This document shows, piece after piece, positions 39,549-52,610 of a stretch of 64,000 nucleotides of DNA. The notes beneath the pieces were generated by a model that was not told where the DNA came from, did no database searches, and worked only from the letters and a program-made list of their open reading frames with translations. Origin of the DNA: Takakia lepidozioides (lineage: Eukaryota > Plantae > Bryophyta); the NCBI GenBank assembly GCA_030704615.1, contig CM060731.1, forward strand, positions 56,420,001 through 56,484,000, in the 5' to 3' direction. Positions within the stretch are counted from its first letter, which is position 1, and the number at the start of each line of letters is the position of its first letter. The position numbers were made by a program, and so were the translations under genes.

Positions 39549-42500
39549 CAGTCTACGGCTACCAATTCTGCGGCTATAGGCCCCTTTCTCCCTGTTCTGT
39601 CCGCGGTCATAGGTACGCCCGTGGAAATGACATGGCGAGGCGTGACGTGGCGTCAACCACGCTGGCGAAGACTGCTGACGTGGCGTTGGACCCTTGAGCC
39701 AATGTGGCGAAAACCGGTGACGTGGCGTGAGCTTGGCCGCGCTCACGCGCTCACAGGCTCATGCGGCCAGGCTCACGCAGAGGCATCCCCCAACAGACTG
39801 GATGGTCAGATTGACCATTACCTCCTCTACTTCTTCATCGTCATCTTCATTTTCAAAGTTGTTCAACCAGTTCTGTTCCGCTTGTCGGATGAATGTGCGT
39901 AGCAGACCTGACTAGGCAACTCTGTAGAAATAACGAAAGAAGTCTGGATCCCCAATTGGTGGGCACTCTGGTGGGAAAAGCCCAAAGTCAACGAGGCGCA
40001 ATGTGCCAGGGCAGACTGGCCCTTCAGTGCTCTGTTGAGTTTTTGGTTTTGACCCTAAACCTTTGGCATGGGTCGCGATATTTGTGTGAGTCTGCTGCCC
40101 AGTCTAGTCAGGCAAGTCAATGTCCACTGGACTTGTCACCCTTTCCAGGCCTTCGAAGTCATCATTTCGGATAATGGTTTGCCCGCCCTGAGCAGATTCA
40201 CTTTCAGTATCAGTACTGATGGTGTGGGTTTGCCGCCCAGGACGGGGTTCAGTCTGTTGCGTGGATTTTGCCCTTGCCTCGCGAGCAGACCTTGCAGCCT
40301 TCTCTTTTTTTTGCCTCTCCTTTTTTTGGGCCCCATCACTCAGTTTACGTTTTCTGGCAGCGTCCGGCGTTCCCTGCACTTGCAAATCCTCCCTTGACGG
40401 GCCACCAGAATGGACGCCATACCGTGCGCGCACTTCGTCTAATTCCAAAGTGCGGGGGTCAAGCACTGATCCGCACATGCGCATTGTGGCCTCTTTGACG
40501 ATCGACATTTCTTTCAGTATCGGCCAAGGCTTGAAATCGCGTGGAATCGTTGCAACAGTCTCCTTGCAACCCGTGTCAACACAATGTAGATTTAGTTGGA
40601 TTTTGTCCTTGATAACCTTTTCACAGAAGGGACAGAAGAGCTTGTCCTTCTGCCAGTTCGAGTTTTTGGGCTTTCGGGCGCGGAGGTCTACAAATGCTGC
40701 CACTATTTTATGATCAAACTCCTCTGGTGAGTACCAGTACCTTCGCTCCTTCCTCAGTTTGGTTTGGTGCACAAAATCCACCCAGTCCGCTCCACCCTTT
40801 TCACAAGCATCCTCCATCGCTGCAGAATGAAACGAGGGTGCAAGGACAATGATGTGGGATGCTGCTGACTGATTCTTTCTCGATGGCTTCGGCCTTCACG
40901 GTGGTTGTTTCGTGAGCTTGCTGCTCAGTGCAGTGTGTAGTGCGGAGGTTTTAATTTTTGAATCTCCTAAGAAAGTCTCACTTCCAAAACGAAAACTAAA
41001 CAGACAAAAGTCCTATGAAAAGACTCACCCTAAGCAAGAAGATGACACAGAATGGAATGGAAACATCGTAGCAAGTGAGAACCTCACCGAGCCAATGAAC
41101 TTCGAGTTGTTATGAAGGCGAGCGTGTTTGCGACGCTTCGCGGCTCACCGCGACTCTCCACACCTGGGGAAGAACGGCCGTCTTTCGTTACGGTGATGGA
41201 AACGCAAAGAAGAAAACGAAACATGCGAAGAAACATGCGCAAAGAGAATGGAGTCGACACAGGGAACATGAGAAGAAAGTAGAAGTAGAAGAGAGAAAGC
41301 GGGCATGGCACTGCCAACGTGGCGCGATTTTACAGGCGCCAACTATCCGCCGTCATCGCATTGAATACGTCCACCGAACAAACGCATCGTACTAAATTCA
41401 TCCATGGTCCTCGCACGTGCAGCAGACTCATTTCCCATCGGGCCGAGAGTCCACCGGACCGCCAGTCCAGCGGACTGTTCGCTTTGCTGAGGTGAAGCGG
41501 CTTCATATTGGAGGCACTTCCCTGCCAGCGGACACACTGCAAAGAGACTGACAGCAAAACAGACTGACAAAGTACCAGGCGAACAGACTGATATCCATCG
41601 GGGAACGATTGTCGAGCACACCTCCAGTTCAGCAGACTGGTTTGCAAAGAAGCGGGCGGAATGAAGACAAAAGAGAGTAAGGGGAGAACATGAAAGTTGA
41701 ACACACCCATTGCGAACAGACTCGCAACACAACAGACTGATGCATGCACAGTCCAACAGACTGATATCCATAGAGGAGAACTGTCCAGCAGACGGACGTT
41801 TCGCCATACTGGCGGGAGAACAAGCCAAAAGACTGACCGGAGGGAAAATAAGAAGTCGAACAGACTTAGTGCAACAGACTTCCGACACAACAGACTAACA
41901 AATTCACAAGTGCGACAGACTGATATCCCAACAGACGGACTTCCAGCAGACCGCCTCCAAACTGATTGTTATGCACGCGATAAGGGGAATATCCGGAGCA
42001 CTGACGGGCCAGCGGACCCACTGTGAACAGACTCGCGGCACAACGGACCTCAAACATCCACGCGCATTTGCAGATGCAATTGTCTCAGCCTGGTCCGTCT
42101 CCTGGCAAATGCGACAATGTACCGATTCTGCACCTACTCCCGTCATGGCTCAGACATCTGCATTCAGCAGGTGCGTGTGGATGTTTGAGGACCTTAGGAC
42201 TGGATGGTGTTCCGTGACGACTCAAATTGCTTTTTTGTGCTGCCATCCCTTATATAATACCATGTAGATCCATCACAAAACTGGGTTTCTTCAGATTCTC
42301 CACCCTTTTCCACAACTTATGCACGACGGATGCAAGCCGCTATACTTGGTCACATAAACAGTCCCATCGTCCGATACGCAATCTGCAATACACGCCCCCA
42401 TGTGCATACGATTCCGCCATTTTCGCGCCCATGGTACCCACGGGTTCCTTTAACGAACTAAACTTGTGAAGGCTCTCATGAGGGATGCAGTACGAAGGGG

Positions 42501-44815
42501 CTAAACGTATCATGACGGATCACAAGCAGAGGACGTTATCGAGGACAGATGTCCGCATTTTCCATATTTATGACATAGAACCAAACCATAAAACGAAGGT
42601 TCCCGAAAGTACAACAAGAAGGCAAAAATAATGGAAGCATATGCACGATGGTGGCTGTAGTGCCGAGACAGTCCTCTCATGTTCAAGCACACGCTTCATC
42701 ATCATCATGAACATCGCGTGCAAAAGAGGAATAGTCGCGTGCATGGAAACGCCTACCGCAACATCGGACAACAAACAGCCGTCAAAAGAGAGCGGTCGGG
42801 ATTTGGTGGCAAGATCATTGTCATTTTCGCAGCCCTAAAAATGGAGGGCTCGGATGGGTTATGGTAATGGACGGTGGAGATCCTGCGCCGTCAGCGGACT
42901 GGATGGCAGGGGACTGGCCAGTGGACTGGCGGACAGACTGGCGGACTGGCAGACTGGAGGGCAGCGGACGGGGGCGCGGCTGGGCGACTGCGCGCAGCGG
43001 CGGGGGGGGGGGGGGGGCGGGTAGGGGAAGCCGGGCGTCCGTGCCCGGGGCCCACCGGCCACATCGCACGTGCCCATTGAAGACCCTATTATCTTGAAAT
43101 GAGAGGCATGCAAAGACTGAATTTTGCAACATAATAATTAATTTCTCTGTGAAATCAACTGAAATCTTCTAAATTCAATACATATTAATGATTTAGTGGT
43201 TATTATTTATTATTTATACCCAGGTTGATAACTGGTTGGTATCAGATTGGAATACCCATCGTATTGATACCCGTCTGAACATCGAAAATCATACTACTAT
43301 TGAGAACCGGCGGGTATTAAAAGTAAGGGAATCTTTCAATACTATGGAACCGGCTGGTATTGCAAATTAATTTCTTTTCAATACCCAGACCCCGCTGGTA
43401 TTAGAAAAAGTAATACCCGCCCAACACTGGTCCTAACGCCGTATGACGTTCTTGGTAGATCCAGTGTATCCCTGCCCTCCTATCATCTGTTTAAATTTAT
43501 TGTCTTCTCCGACTTCCATAGACTCGCCAAATAATCTGTTACGTCAGGCTCATCTTTCCATGTCTGTTCAACATTCTTGTAATTTCACTTCATTTGATCA
43601 AATTGAGCTTTTAATCTTAGACCCATTCAAGCTCCCTCCACCTCCGACTCCATTTGCGCTACTTGTAACTGCAAGATCAACGAGAGACACTTGGAACGGC
43701 TCATACATTTGTGGAGAACGTGTCCAATTCTCCCGGCTTCTCATATGGTCCATAGTTCAGACCCTTGGTATGCCTCATGGCTCATACCAAAGGGAGTTTT
43801 GAAGGTCCTACAGCCAGCATTCAGGCTTCCTTCAGAAAAAAAACCACGAAGATGCTGAGTTTGCATGTTAATATGCATGGTTACTCAACATGGCCTGGGT
43901 TGGCCTGTGCAGCAATGTCATCTGATGTCTCTTTAATATAAGGCTCAGTTGCTGGGCCATGGGTCCAATCACTGGAGTGGAAAAGGCAAAGAGTGTTTTT
44001 GAAAACTACAATCACCTGCTACCAGTATCACCACACTGCAGTTGCAATGATGCCAGCACGAGCTTCAAGTGTTCTTATGAAATTGGCTACTATGGATGAG
44101 TGAGCTGGAGTCTTGCATGGAAATCGCCTGTTTCTCGCATCCCACCATAAACAGAGCTTGTTTCCTCATTGCGAGCAAGTGGAGCTGCACATTGACCGAA
44201 CTTGTAGAGGGAATTGCTCATTGTGTTGCTTGGCCAGATAACAATGTAAACTAGGTAGTGTACAAGAAATAGCTTGGTACCTGATTTCCAGTTTACTCAA
44301 AAACAAGAATCATAACACAGTACCCTAAGAAAGCACAATAGCAGAGAAGTTACAGCCAAATAGATCTGCTTCTATCCATAGTATCCACCCCTGAATATGT
44401 CAACAAGGCATGACCACTACCCTCACCATAATTCTTTCATTCGAGAAATCTGGAAACACCGATCCTCTAACGAAATCCATCAAGTCTGTTAAAAAGAGAA
44501 CTGTAAGAAGACACATTGTGTAGATCAACAATTGGAGGTACCAAAGCAGCAGAAGATCAGTGGAAGTTTACTCCAAACTGCTCAAGTGGCCGGGAATATG
44601 GTATCCTGCTCACTGAGTGTCGTGTTATGTCCATCCGGTCAGTTACACTTAGGTTTCTACACCGACCAACCCCTAGAGTCCCAAGCTCTTCCTTATTACA
44701 TTGATAGGACATGGTATGGTTACTAATCTCCCAAGACAGCTCCCGTAGTGTGAAAGGAAAGAGTCAAGCAGGACACTCAAACCATGACCCCACAAATGCT
44801 CTGATGTGTCCCTAA

Positions 44816-47800
44816 CTATCCAAGCAAATCCTTAAAAAGGTCAGGATTGACGACTGTGGGAGTAACTCCTACCTGCCGGGAAGCTGCATCTTTCTGCAAA
44901 GAGCCTTGTATTGAGAGACCCTTCTTGATGTGAACAGAGGGTGAGAATGTTTGACCTGCCATGACGCCAGCTGGTGCAACCCCTGTAAGCCCTATCAATG
45001 GGCTCAGTGGCAACCCATTTACATCCATGAGTCCTTGTGAGAACCCAGCAGTAAGACTATCAGACCTATTTGGGGCTGCTGTGGAGACCAGGTCTGACCC
45101 AGAAGGGCCCCCAGGAAGGGGAGTGCTGTTGAATAGAGACATTAAATCTATATTGGACCTTGGAGAGAGCAACGGCACAGCTGGGGCTGCAGTAGAATTG
45201 CACTCTAACAAATCCTCTAGCTGCTTGAAGGGATCACTGGATGGCTCAACAGTGACTGTGGGATCCCCATCACTCAGATCCAAAAGATCAGCAGGGGGGG
45301 GTGGTTTGTGCACCACTACAGCTGCATTTGGTTTTGAAGTGTCATCTGGGGACGACCGAGACTTTTCACCCGATCCCTTCTGGACAAGGGGCTTCGGCAA
45401 CTTTGCAACACCACTCCCTGAACTTCTTCCATTTGTATCAACTTTCCGGGCTGGGCCTCCAAACAGTGACGCAGCCAGTCTTTGCTTCTCAACTGAAACT
45501 TCTGGTTGTGGCTTCCTCTTCTCGAAGTTACGTGATTCATACACACTGCTCGTTGATGAAACAGGAGCCTCCCGGTGAGTACTCCCTACGTCAGGAACCA
45601 GCCCATTGTCTGCCCTCTCCTTTTCCCGGTTGGAGGTTGACGATGACAAAGGTGAAGAGTAGGACAGCCGCCCCCACTTCCTGTGTACTCCGTCTAACTG
45701 TAGTCTTGTGCTGTCAGGGTTAAGTAAATCAAGGTCAGGTGTCTTATCAGCAGCAAACTGTTTCCGAAGGCTTCTCTGGGACTCTGCTTTATGTTCTTCA
45801 AAGTCTGGGAGGAGGGAGGAGGTGGAGGCAGAACCAGAGGCAACTAAAGGAGAGGGTAAAGTAGGCATTTCATAGGCCTCAAACCGTAGGGCATGTGTGG
45901 AGGGTTCATTCTGGTCACGGGTACTGGCCCCCACAAACATGCTCATCCCACTCCCCATATTGAGACGCTCACTCTCAGGGATGTAAGGCCGTGCCCCGTT
46001 AGTTAAAGCAGATTCCACAAATTTGTTCAAAAAAGCAAGGTTCTTGTCCACCTGAAGCACATGCACACAAGAAGGGCAATATTACCATCCCATGTTGTCT
46101 TGGAAACAAAACAAAGTGGCTCAAATAAGCATCTATTATGAAATCTAACAAATCTCAGATGATGTTACTAGGAAAACTTAGTCATATTCTTGCACTCTGA
46201 CCTCCCATAGCTCAGCCCTAGGATCACTCATCCTCAAGTTGAAGGATACTGCACACCTCAATGTCTTCACAACTAGCATCCATTGGCATAACGCTTGTTG
46301 CAATGTCTGGACTAAGCCCCAGGAATGCCTGCAGCTCATACGCTCGCTGTTGTAGGTCGGTTGAATGGGAGGCTGACAACTCATCAAGCAACGTGCGACA
46401 CTGCTCCAGCAACCCATCACCCAAACATAAGCCCTTCATTGCCCTAGTCACAAGCTTCCACTTGCATATTGATCAGAGAACTTGCCTGGGGACAGAAAGA
46501 GAGACCAGAAGAAATTCACACCGTTGGTGCCACTTTGCAGCCTCTAAACTTCCAATCTGGCGACACAGCTTGCAAAACACCTTGACAACCAGAATAAGTC
46601 GTTCCACATCGAGAATGGTAGCAACTCCCTAAGATGCACATGGATTAACATGGCCAACCCCATACCACACAAAGCCAGTAGAGAAATCACCTCAGGAATC
46701 AACTGGACAGTTTTGCCTGCGCTGATCTCAAATGCACAAACTTTAGTGATGGCCGTGATAGCATATCCCTGCCAACCCCTCCAGAATACAGATCCCAAGT
46801 TGATGGCATAACTCCATTTTGTACCAACTAAACCCTTGTCCATACTTCTCGATAAACACACAGTACCATGATTTGATCTCAGGTGGTGAAAGACAGCAGT
46901 AAAGATTCTGAAAAACCTTACCCATAACTGAGAAATCTTACCATTTGCATGAGTAGCAACTGGAAATTGCATGGCAACTTGAAGCTACTAAAGTTGGTGA
47001 GGGGTAGGGTTTTTGGCTACTATGCATCTCTGACATATTGATGTGGCCTGTCAACTAGGGCGACCAACTACAAGATATTCCAAATGATATTACCCTTCCA
47101 TTAACCTCACACTTAGACGATGTCCACATACGCTTGCAGCTTTTGACTTTGACAATAAACTAACCTAGATGTCAACATGATTTCTATCGAAGAAACCTAG
47201 CTCACCTTCACAGCGTCATCCCCAGGGTGAGCTTCAGCTACATCACAGAGCTTGCCTATGATGTCAACAGCTGAATGAGTGCCATCAGCTGTTCCATACT
47301 CACCAAGAACCCAGCAGATAACCTGCGATACCCAGCAGTTCAGATACCAGAAGTTGTCACCCATCTCTGAAGACTATATGGCCCTCAAGATAGATAAAGG
47401 GAGGGAGGAGAGTTGCAGCATGGGTTGGGAATGACCAGGAAGATGACAAACACAAATTTTATCTAGAAGTAGAGTACCATGTGTACCAGTCAACAGTGAA
47501 GTTTCAAAACCCAGAGGAGAGTTAACACACTCAGCAGGCAGAGAATTTTCAAAACCTGCAGGAGAATGGATGGCAACTTGGGCTCCCCGAGCACTTGTAA
47601 ATATGACTCCACCTGCATAAGGATTGGACAAAGAGAGAGTAAAAATGAAGGGAACTTTGAGAAGTATTGAAACCTTTCCACTGTACCACCTGACAGGACT
47701 ACAAGGACACTTAATGCATGAACTTGTCTTAGTGCCACTGAAATTGGCAACAGTCACACTTTTTGGACAAGAATGAGACACAGAGATAGAAGGAAAAAAT

Positions 47801-50800
47801 GAAGAAATAAAGGAACACTAGATAGAGAGAAAGAGAGACCTTGCACTGCATCAATTAGAAACACAACGGGGCTGGGAACATACAGCTGAGGACCGCAGAA
47901 GAGAATCTGCATCTTCATCATCCTCGCCTGCACCTTCAGCAAGAAGGCGCATGAGGTCATGGGCCACTTTGGGAGGCACCAGCTCGCCTGCAAGCTCAAA
48001 CACCTGGTTCATAGTCTGATCCATGACACGCCATGCCAAGTCCCAACCATCCCATCCCAAGCACCCAAGCACCCAAGCCAAGCCCATATTCCCTTTACTC
48101 TCAGTGGTCCCAACACAGATCCAGTGGAGGCTCAAATCCCTACCCTGAGAACTCTCATTTTATTCCTTCCTCACTAACATAAGTGCACATGGAAACGCTA
48201 AAACGTCAATGCACCGGCTAGGCATGAGTGAAACAGACCCAACCTCTTTCTCCAATGTCGAGCTCAACTACATCAGAATGTCACCATCCACTCCCATCGG
48301 ACACCAGTCGAAAGGAGAAACAAAATGGTGGTGGGAGTAACAGCATTTGCTATGCTAAGAAATTCTGCCTGAAATCCCACAACTTCAAATACCCTGTGAA
48401 TCATCAAACAGATGCGGACTTTGGAAGTAACCTGGATGAACCACTGGTTGCTAGGGGCAAAGCGCTCAGCCAACTCGATAATGCGGCTCGCAATCTCCGT
48501 TTTATTGTGGGCATCGTTGAGAGTGCGCATGTAGCCTATCATGCGCTCCACTATAACTTCCACATTGCTGGACTTGGTCATCTTGTACAGCAAATCTAAA
48601 GTCTTTCGCTTCAGCGTATCATCTGGATCCTGCTCAGCATTGCAAGGTATTCATACCCACATCAACTTGAGTAAATGTGTAACCTCAATCTGTTCTTCAC
48701 AATTAACAGGTCACATGTACTTGTCACATTATTGAGAATATCCCCAAATATGGCACACTCAACAAACCAGATGGATAGATGTGCTGCTTTAGTGTCATGT
48801 ACCTCAAGACAATCAATCACAGCCAGCTGATGCTCCTCTGCAAACTCGGGGTTTATTTTGATGACACGCCCCAACGCGTCAATGCCCATGTACTTTAGGT
48901 TGTGGTTCTCACTCTGTCCCAAACCGGCACTGGCTTGATGAGCATAATCATCCCACCCACGTCTTCTTCAAGAGGAAAGAGGATAATGCATAGTTCGTAG
49001 GCGTTAGGAACAACTAAGGGTAGGACTGCATTAGGGCTCCATTCCTACAAGTCACAAATGGAGCCTATCATATAATAATGGGTGAGCCCTTCTCCAAGGA
49101 CAACACTGCAAATGTTTATCCCACATCACTTTTGTATGCCAGCCAGAATAAAATCTGCAAGAAAAACACTAACAAACGAGAAACTAAAGGGAAACAGAGG
49201 ATATGTATCAATATGATGGTCTACTAAACTATGAGCTAACATTTGAGAAGCAAGCAAAAATAGAATGAGATAGTCAGTTTTGAAGGTGAAGAAGAGCTTT
49301 GGAAGATGAAAACAAAGGCACCAGGACAAACATTTAAGGAAAGCTACATGGAAGAAGCAACAGAAGGACACCAAAAAGACCGCCATCTCATATCTTAGAG
49401 AGTCAATCTATGAATCAAGTATATCATGTATAACAGTGACCAGCTGATATCTTTCTACCAACTTCAACAGTTCCTAGAAAACACAATACTGATGTCCCAG
49501 AATGGCCCTTGAGGGCTGGCACCTGAGTGAGGAACACACGATTCAACACTGTATAAGCATCTTGCTTTCACGATTCCAGCATTCTTCCACAATCACTCAC
49601 CACCTTGAGAACCCCGTCCAAAGCAATGCAAGAAACTCTAAATCTCAATAAGTACCTACCTTCAAAAACCTCGAGGTGAGCTCAGTAGCTGCTTCCAAGA
49701 GCCTGGTATTCCCGTGTATGGTTGTGATAGTACAGATGCATTCATAGAGAATGGCGTTTCCAATGTTCGTAGTGGCATCACTTCTCTTCAGCACATCAGC
49801 CAGCACACTGTACATGTTCTCACTAGTATGCTTGTCCCCTGCCCCCAGCAGGGCTAGTATTTTGAGTAACTTGATCTGCAGCAACCCACCAATATGGTTG
49901 GTTCAGCATGCCTGCCAATAGTGCCAGCCCCCTTCTGTCATCCTTTCTAATTTCTCACTCTCTCCCCACAGTTCTGATCTGTCTAAATTGGACTATTGCA
50001 AGCAAAGTCTAATAAGTCATCTAAACAGGCAGGCATAGCAAACCTGTAGACTAGAAGGATATGTGCTAACCAATAACATAAATTTAGCCCGCTCATCAGT
50101 CAGAGCTTTTGACTGCAAATGGGTCTATGCTGTGCACTGTTTGCAAATACAATGACCTTTGCATGCAGATCAAACAAAAGCTTTTGAACGTCTCAAACAA
50201 AGTATCATGAAAGGAACATCTTAGCCAAGCCTATGAACCATCCTCCCAATTTGAAACCATGGTACATCCTCCCTTGAATGGACATTTTGTTTGGACCTCG
50301 AGGAATGAGTTGAGTACCTGCACAAATGGGGCAGGAGTCCGAAGGTAGTCATAACTCTTGGGGAGCCGATGCTCAACCACTTGCTTAAGAATGCTGACAA
50401 AGCTGGCTGTGAGGTTTTTGAAGGAGCGAACATCAGCCGTCACAAGATCAAAAAGGGCACACAGCGCGGCACTCATCACACTTGGGTCCTTATCACACAA
50501 AATCTGCCGCACCACATCCATGTAACCCATGAGATAGAGTGGGGAGCCAAAGGTGACGAGTTAGACAGGAGGGGAGATGAGCCACATGGATTACATAGGT
50601 AGGAAAATAGAGGCTAAACAAGAGATGTAGTAGCCTTGTGGTCACTAACTCCAAACCCCCTCTTCAATCAATACCCAGAGAAGTAAGAGAGAGGGGTTGG
50701 GAGTGTCGAAAGAGGAGGTGACAAGGGGGAAGGTTACATCTACAAATTAGGTCATCAATTCCTGAGTGACCCCCATGAAAAGAAAGCTGTGTAATTGGAT

Positions 50801-51480
50801 TGGCTCCCCATACATAGCTCACTCACTGGCTGATACTTTGCCCTAATACAACTTATTAATCTGTAGAGCAATCCCACCTGCCGAAACTTGGGGATGACAT
50901 GCGAGACAGCATTGGGGGCGCGCTGATAGAACCTGTGCACTGCCATCACAGCCTTCTTCCTGACAGCCTCCTTTGGATGTGTCAGCAATTCAACCACTTG
51001 TGGCAACACTGCTGGGATGGTCTCCTCATTAATGAGCTTACAGACTGCTGTGAGTGCTGCGCAGCACACTAAATAATTATCGGACTTCAAATCCTTCTGG
51101 ATTGTATTCACAATGAGGATTATGAGGTCATGGTCCTCATTGAGAAACAGGGTCACTGCAAGATATCCGCTCTTTTTCAACAAAAGGTTGTCATCATGGG
51201 TCATTTTGACAGCCTGAATATAGCCAAATGAGGCATCATGGCCCAACATTTCAACATAAACAAGGCGGATAATGTACTCTTTCATCTTCTTCCGAGGAAC
51301 ATCGGGCTCCCCAATCCTTTTCTTCAAGGTTTCAATCTCTGCTACCACAATGCGCTCCTCCTCCGCCTTGGATTTTGCCTCTCCAATTGCCTTCACGAGG
51401 TCCAAGAACTCCTTTGAAGATCCCCAACCCCCCTGGGAGCCCATAGCGAGCTCCCTTCCTATTGTCTTTAACTGCTCCAG
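44816..51480 (-). CDS. AP4E: AP-4 complex subunit epsilon (epsilon-adaptin), 11 exons
   Basis: N-terminus [33 protein letters not shown] exons: 51480-50878, 50503-50318, 49875-49660, 48913-48803, 48629-48432, 48015-47884, 47612-47556, 47322-47206, 46768-46691, 46400-46257, 46051-44816. Ends [10 protein letters not shown]. The first in-frame ATG is 51444. Confidence 0.93.
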
Positions 51481-52610
51481 CGTGCCTTCAGTTCTGCCCC
51501 CCCACAAATCCGGAAATGAGGACTTATCTTTTTTCTTGTTCGCCCCACCCTCTGAGGCAAAATCAAGGCTTTGTTTTCACTTTATCTGCCTGTCCTTCCA
51601 GGCCCCACCCCAAAACAAGCAATCAACAGTGAAGGATTATGTTTACTGCCACTTTATTTGGAACTGACTATAATAATCCCTTTGAGGATTCAAAGTGAGC
51701 TTGGGTTGCAAGAGATAAACCCTACTTGAAAGCTTTTTTGACGATTTCATTCGCCCAGTCTTGCATAATGCGCCTGTCATAAATTGCCATAGAAATCTCA
51801 TCAAACGAAAGCCCACCTACCAGACTATTCGCTCACTCTCTCCTCCATACCCAAGCCAGTTGGAGGGTCAGTAGTCACAAGATCATTCCAAACATCGTCA
51901 CCGTCAAATGAGAACGATCTATCCCTCTCTCGACGTAGACTTCCTGGACACGACATTTGACATGTAACAGATGGTTTTGGATATTTTGATGGCGAACTAT
52001 ACAATGGCAATAAACATTGACACTTAACTTCGACTGACACTCTAGCTCCACCTGTCTTGCATACAGATACACAACCACAAAATCCCCTGCTCTATGTGCG
52101 CAAGCTCATCACCTGCCCTTGAATTTCGTTCCCAAAACTGACGTGCGCCTGCTCTCGTATCCCCACTATCTGGAAAGTGTTCACCTCATGGCACCTCACT
52201 GCGGCACTGATTTTGTGAACACCGTCTGCAAATAGCCGCTCACAGAGATTGGTTCATCATGCATAATCCTTGTTATTGGAGTGCAAAGGTCAAATCCGTG
52301 CATTGATCATCGGAAAGGGTACTCCTTCCTCTCTTCTCCTTCTCCTTCTCCGTGTTATCCACTTCCTCCTCTCCTGTCACCCTCTTCTATCAAGACCTAG
52401 ATCTGTACACACAACTGAAGACATGTCTCGAATCAAACTATGAAATTAAATATTTCATAGAGTTGTAGGTGTATTGTAAGTATCACTTAAGCACTCTGGC
52501 AAACCTGGATCTGGTGAGACCGCAAACCCCAACAGACCTCCTGTGGACCCTCTCTGTGATCGCACCATAGCTCACACATTCAAGCACTCATCTCCACGCT
52601 CATTAACGCC

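Larger units (their letters stand above)
36936..39778 (-). mobile_element. ~2.8-kb nested DNA transposon derivative (probably a second MULE-type family) in an intron of the MULE-2 accessory gene
   Basis: Absent from the homologous MULE-1 intron. The ends are imperfect ~180-bp inverted arms starting GCGTGAGCCT, rich in TGACGTGGC and CCTATGACCG. No clean TSD found. Confidence 0.7.
32205..40817 (-). pseudogene. MULE-2 accessory gene: zinc finger + unknown domain + Ulp1/C48-like protease (disrupted; nested TE in an intron)
   Basis: CPFCEKVIKDKIQLNLHC (40104-40817), HLDWHNELHRIVADRRWSFVPFHY...HRWMQFGNF (35596-36081), GDWSVCIIDL..THLNS and PQQPFSWECGFYVMSF (32205-32492). Confidence 0.8.
27424..43107 (+). 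mobile_element. MULE-2: 15,684-bp Mutator-like transposon related to MULE-1, opposite orientation
   Basis: TIRs beginning GCCTCTCATTT(T/C)AAGATAATAGGGTCTTCAAT. Perfect 9-bp TSD ATGCAAAGA (27415-27423, 43108-43116). Same two-gene layout as MULE-1. Confidence 0.95.
6503..43429. mobile_element. Probable hAT-type MITE (~0.76 kb net) split by ~36 kb of nested insertions
   Basis: Left end CAGTGTTGG (6503) and right end CCAACACTG (43421-43429). Both halves share CCGGCTGGTATT/AATACCC subterminal motifs. Removing the TSD-bounded LINE and MULE-2 leaves 6503-6890 + 27367-27423 + 43117-43429. The 8-bp flanks match at only 5/8 (GTATTTAC vs GTCCTAAC). Confidence 0.55.

Noticed and set aside
36925-39790. 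TSD for the nested SWIM element (GACGCAATG vs AGAGGCATC)
   Set aside because: Similar only with gaps, so not accepted as a TSD.
10178-43107. Zisupton/KDZ or Helitron identity for the SWIM+Ulp1 elements
   Set aside because: The DATF.(T/A)N, CxxH and TNxxE motifs, long TIRs and 9-10 bp TSDs are Mutator hallmarks. No Rep or helicase motifs are present.
44961-45723. Plus-strand ORFs of 205 and 140 aa
   Set aside because: Antisense shadows of the last AP4E exon.
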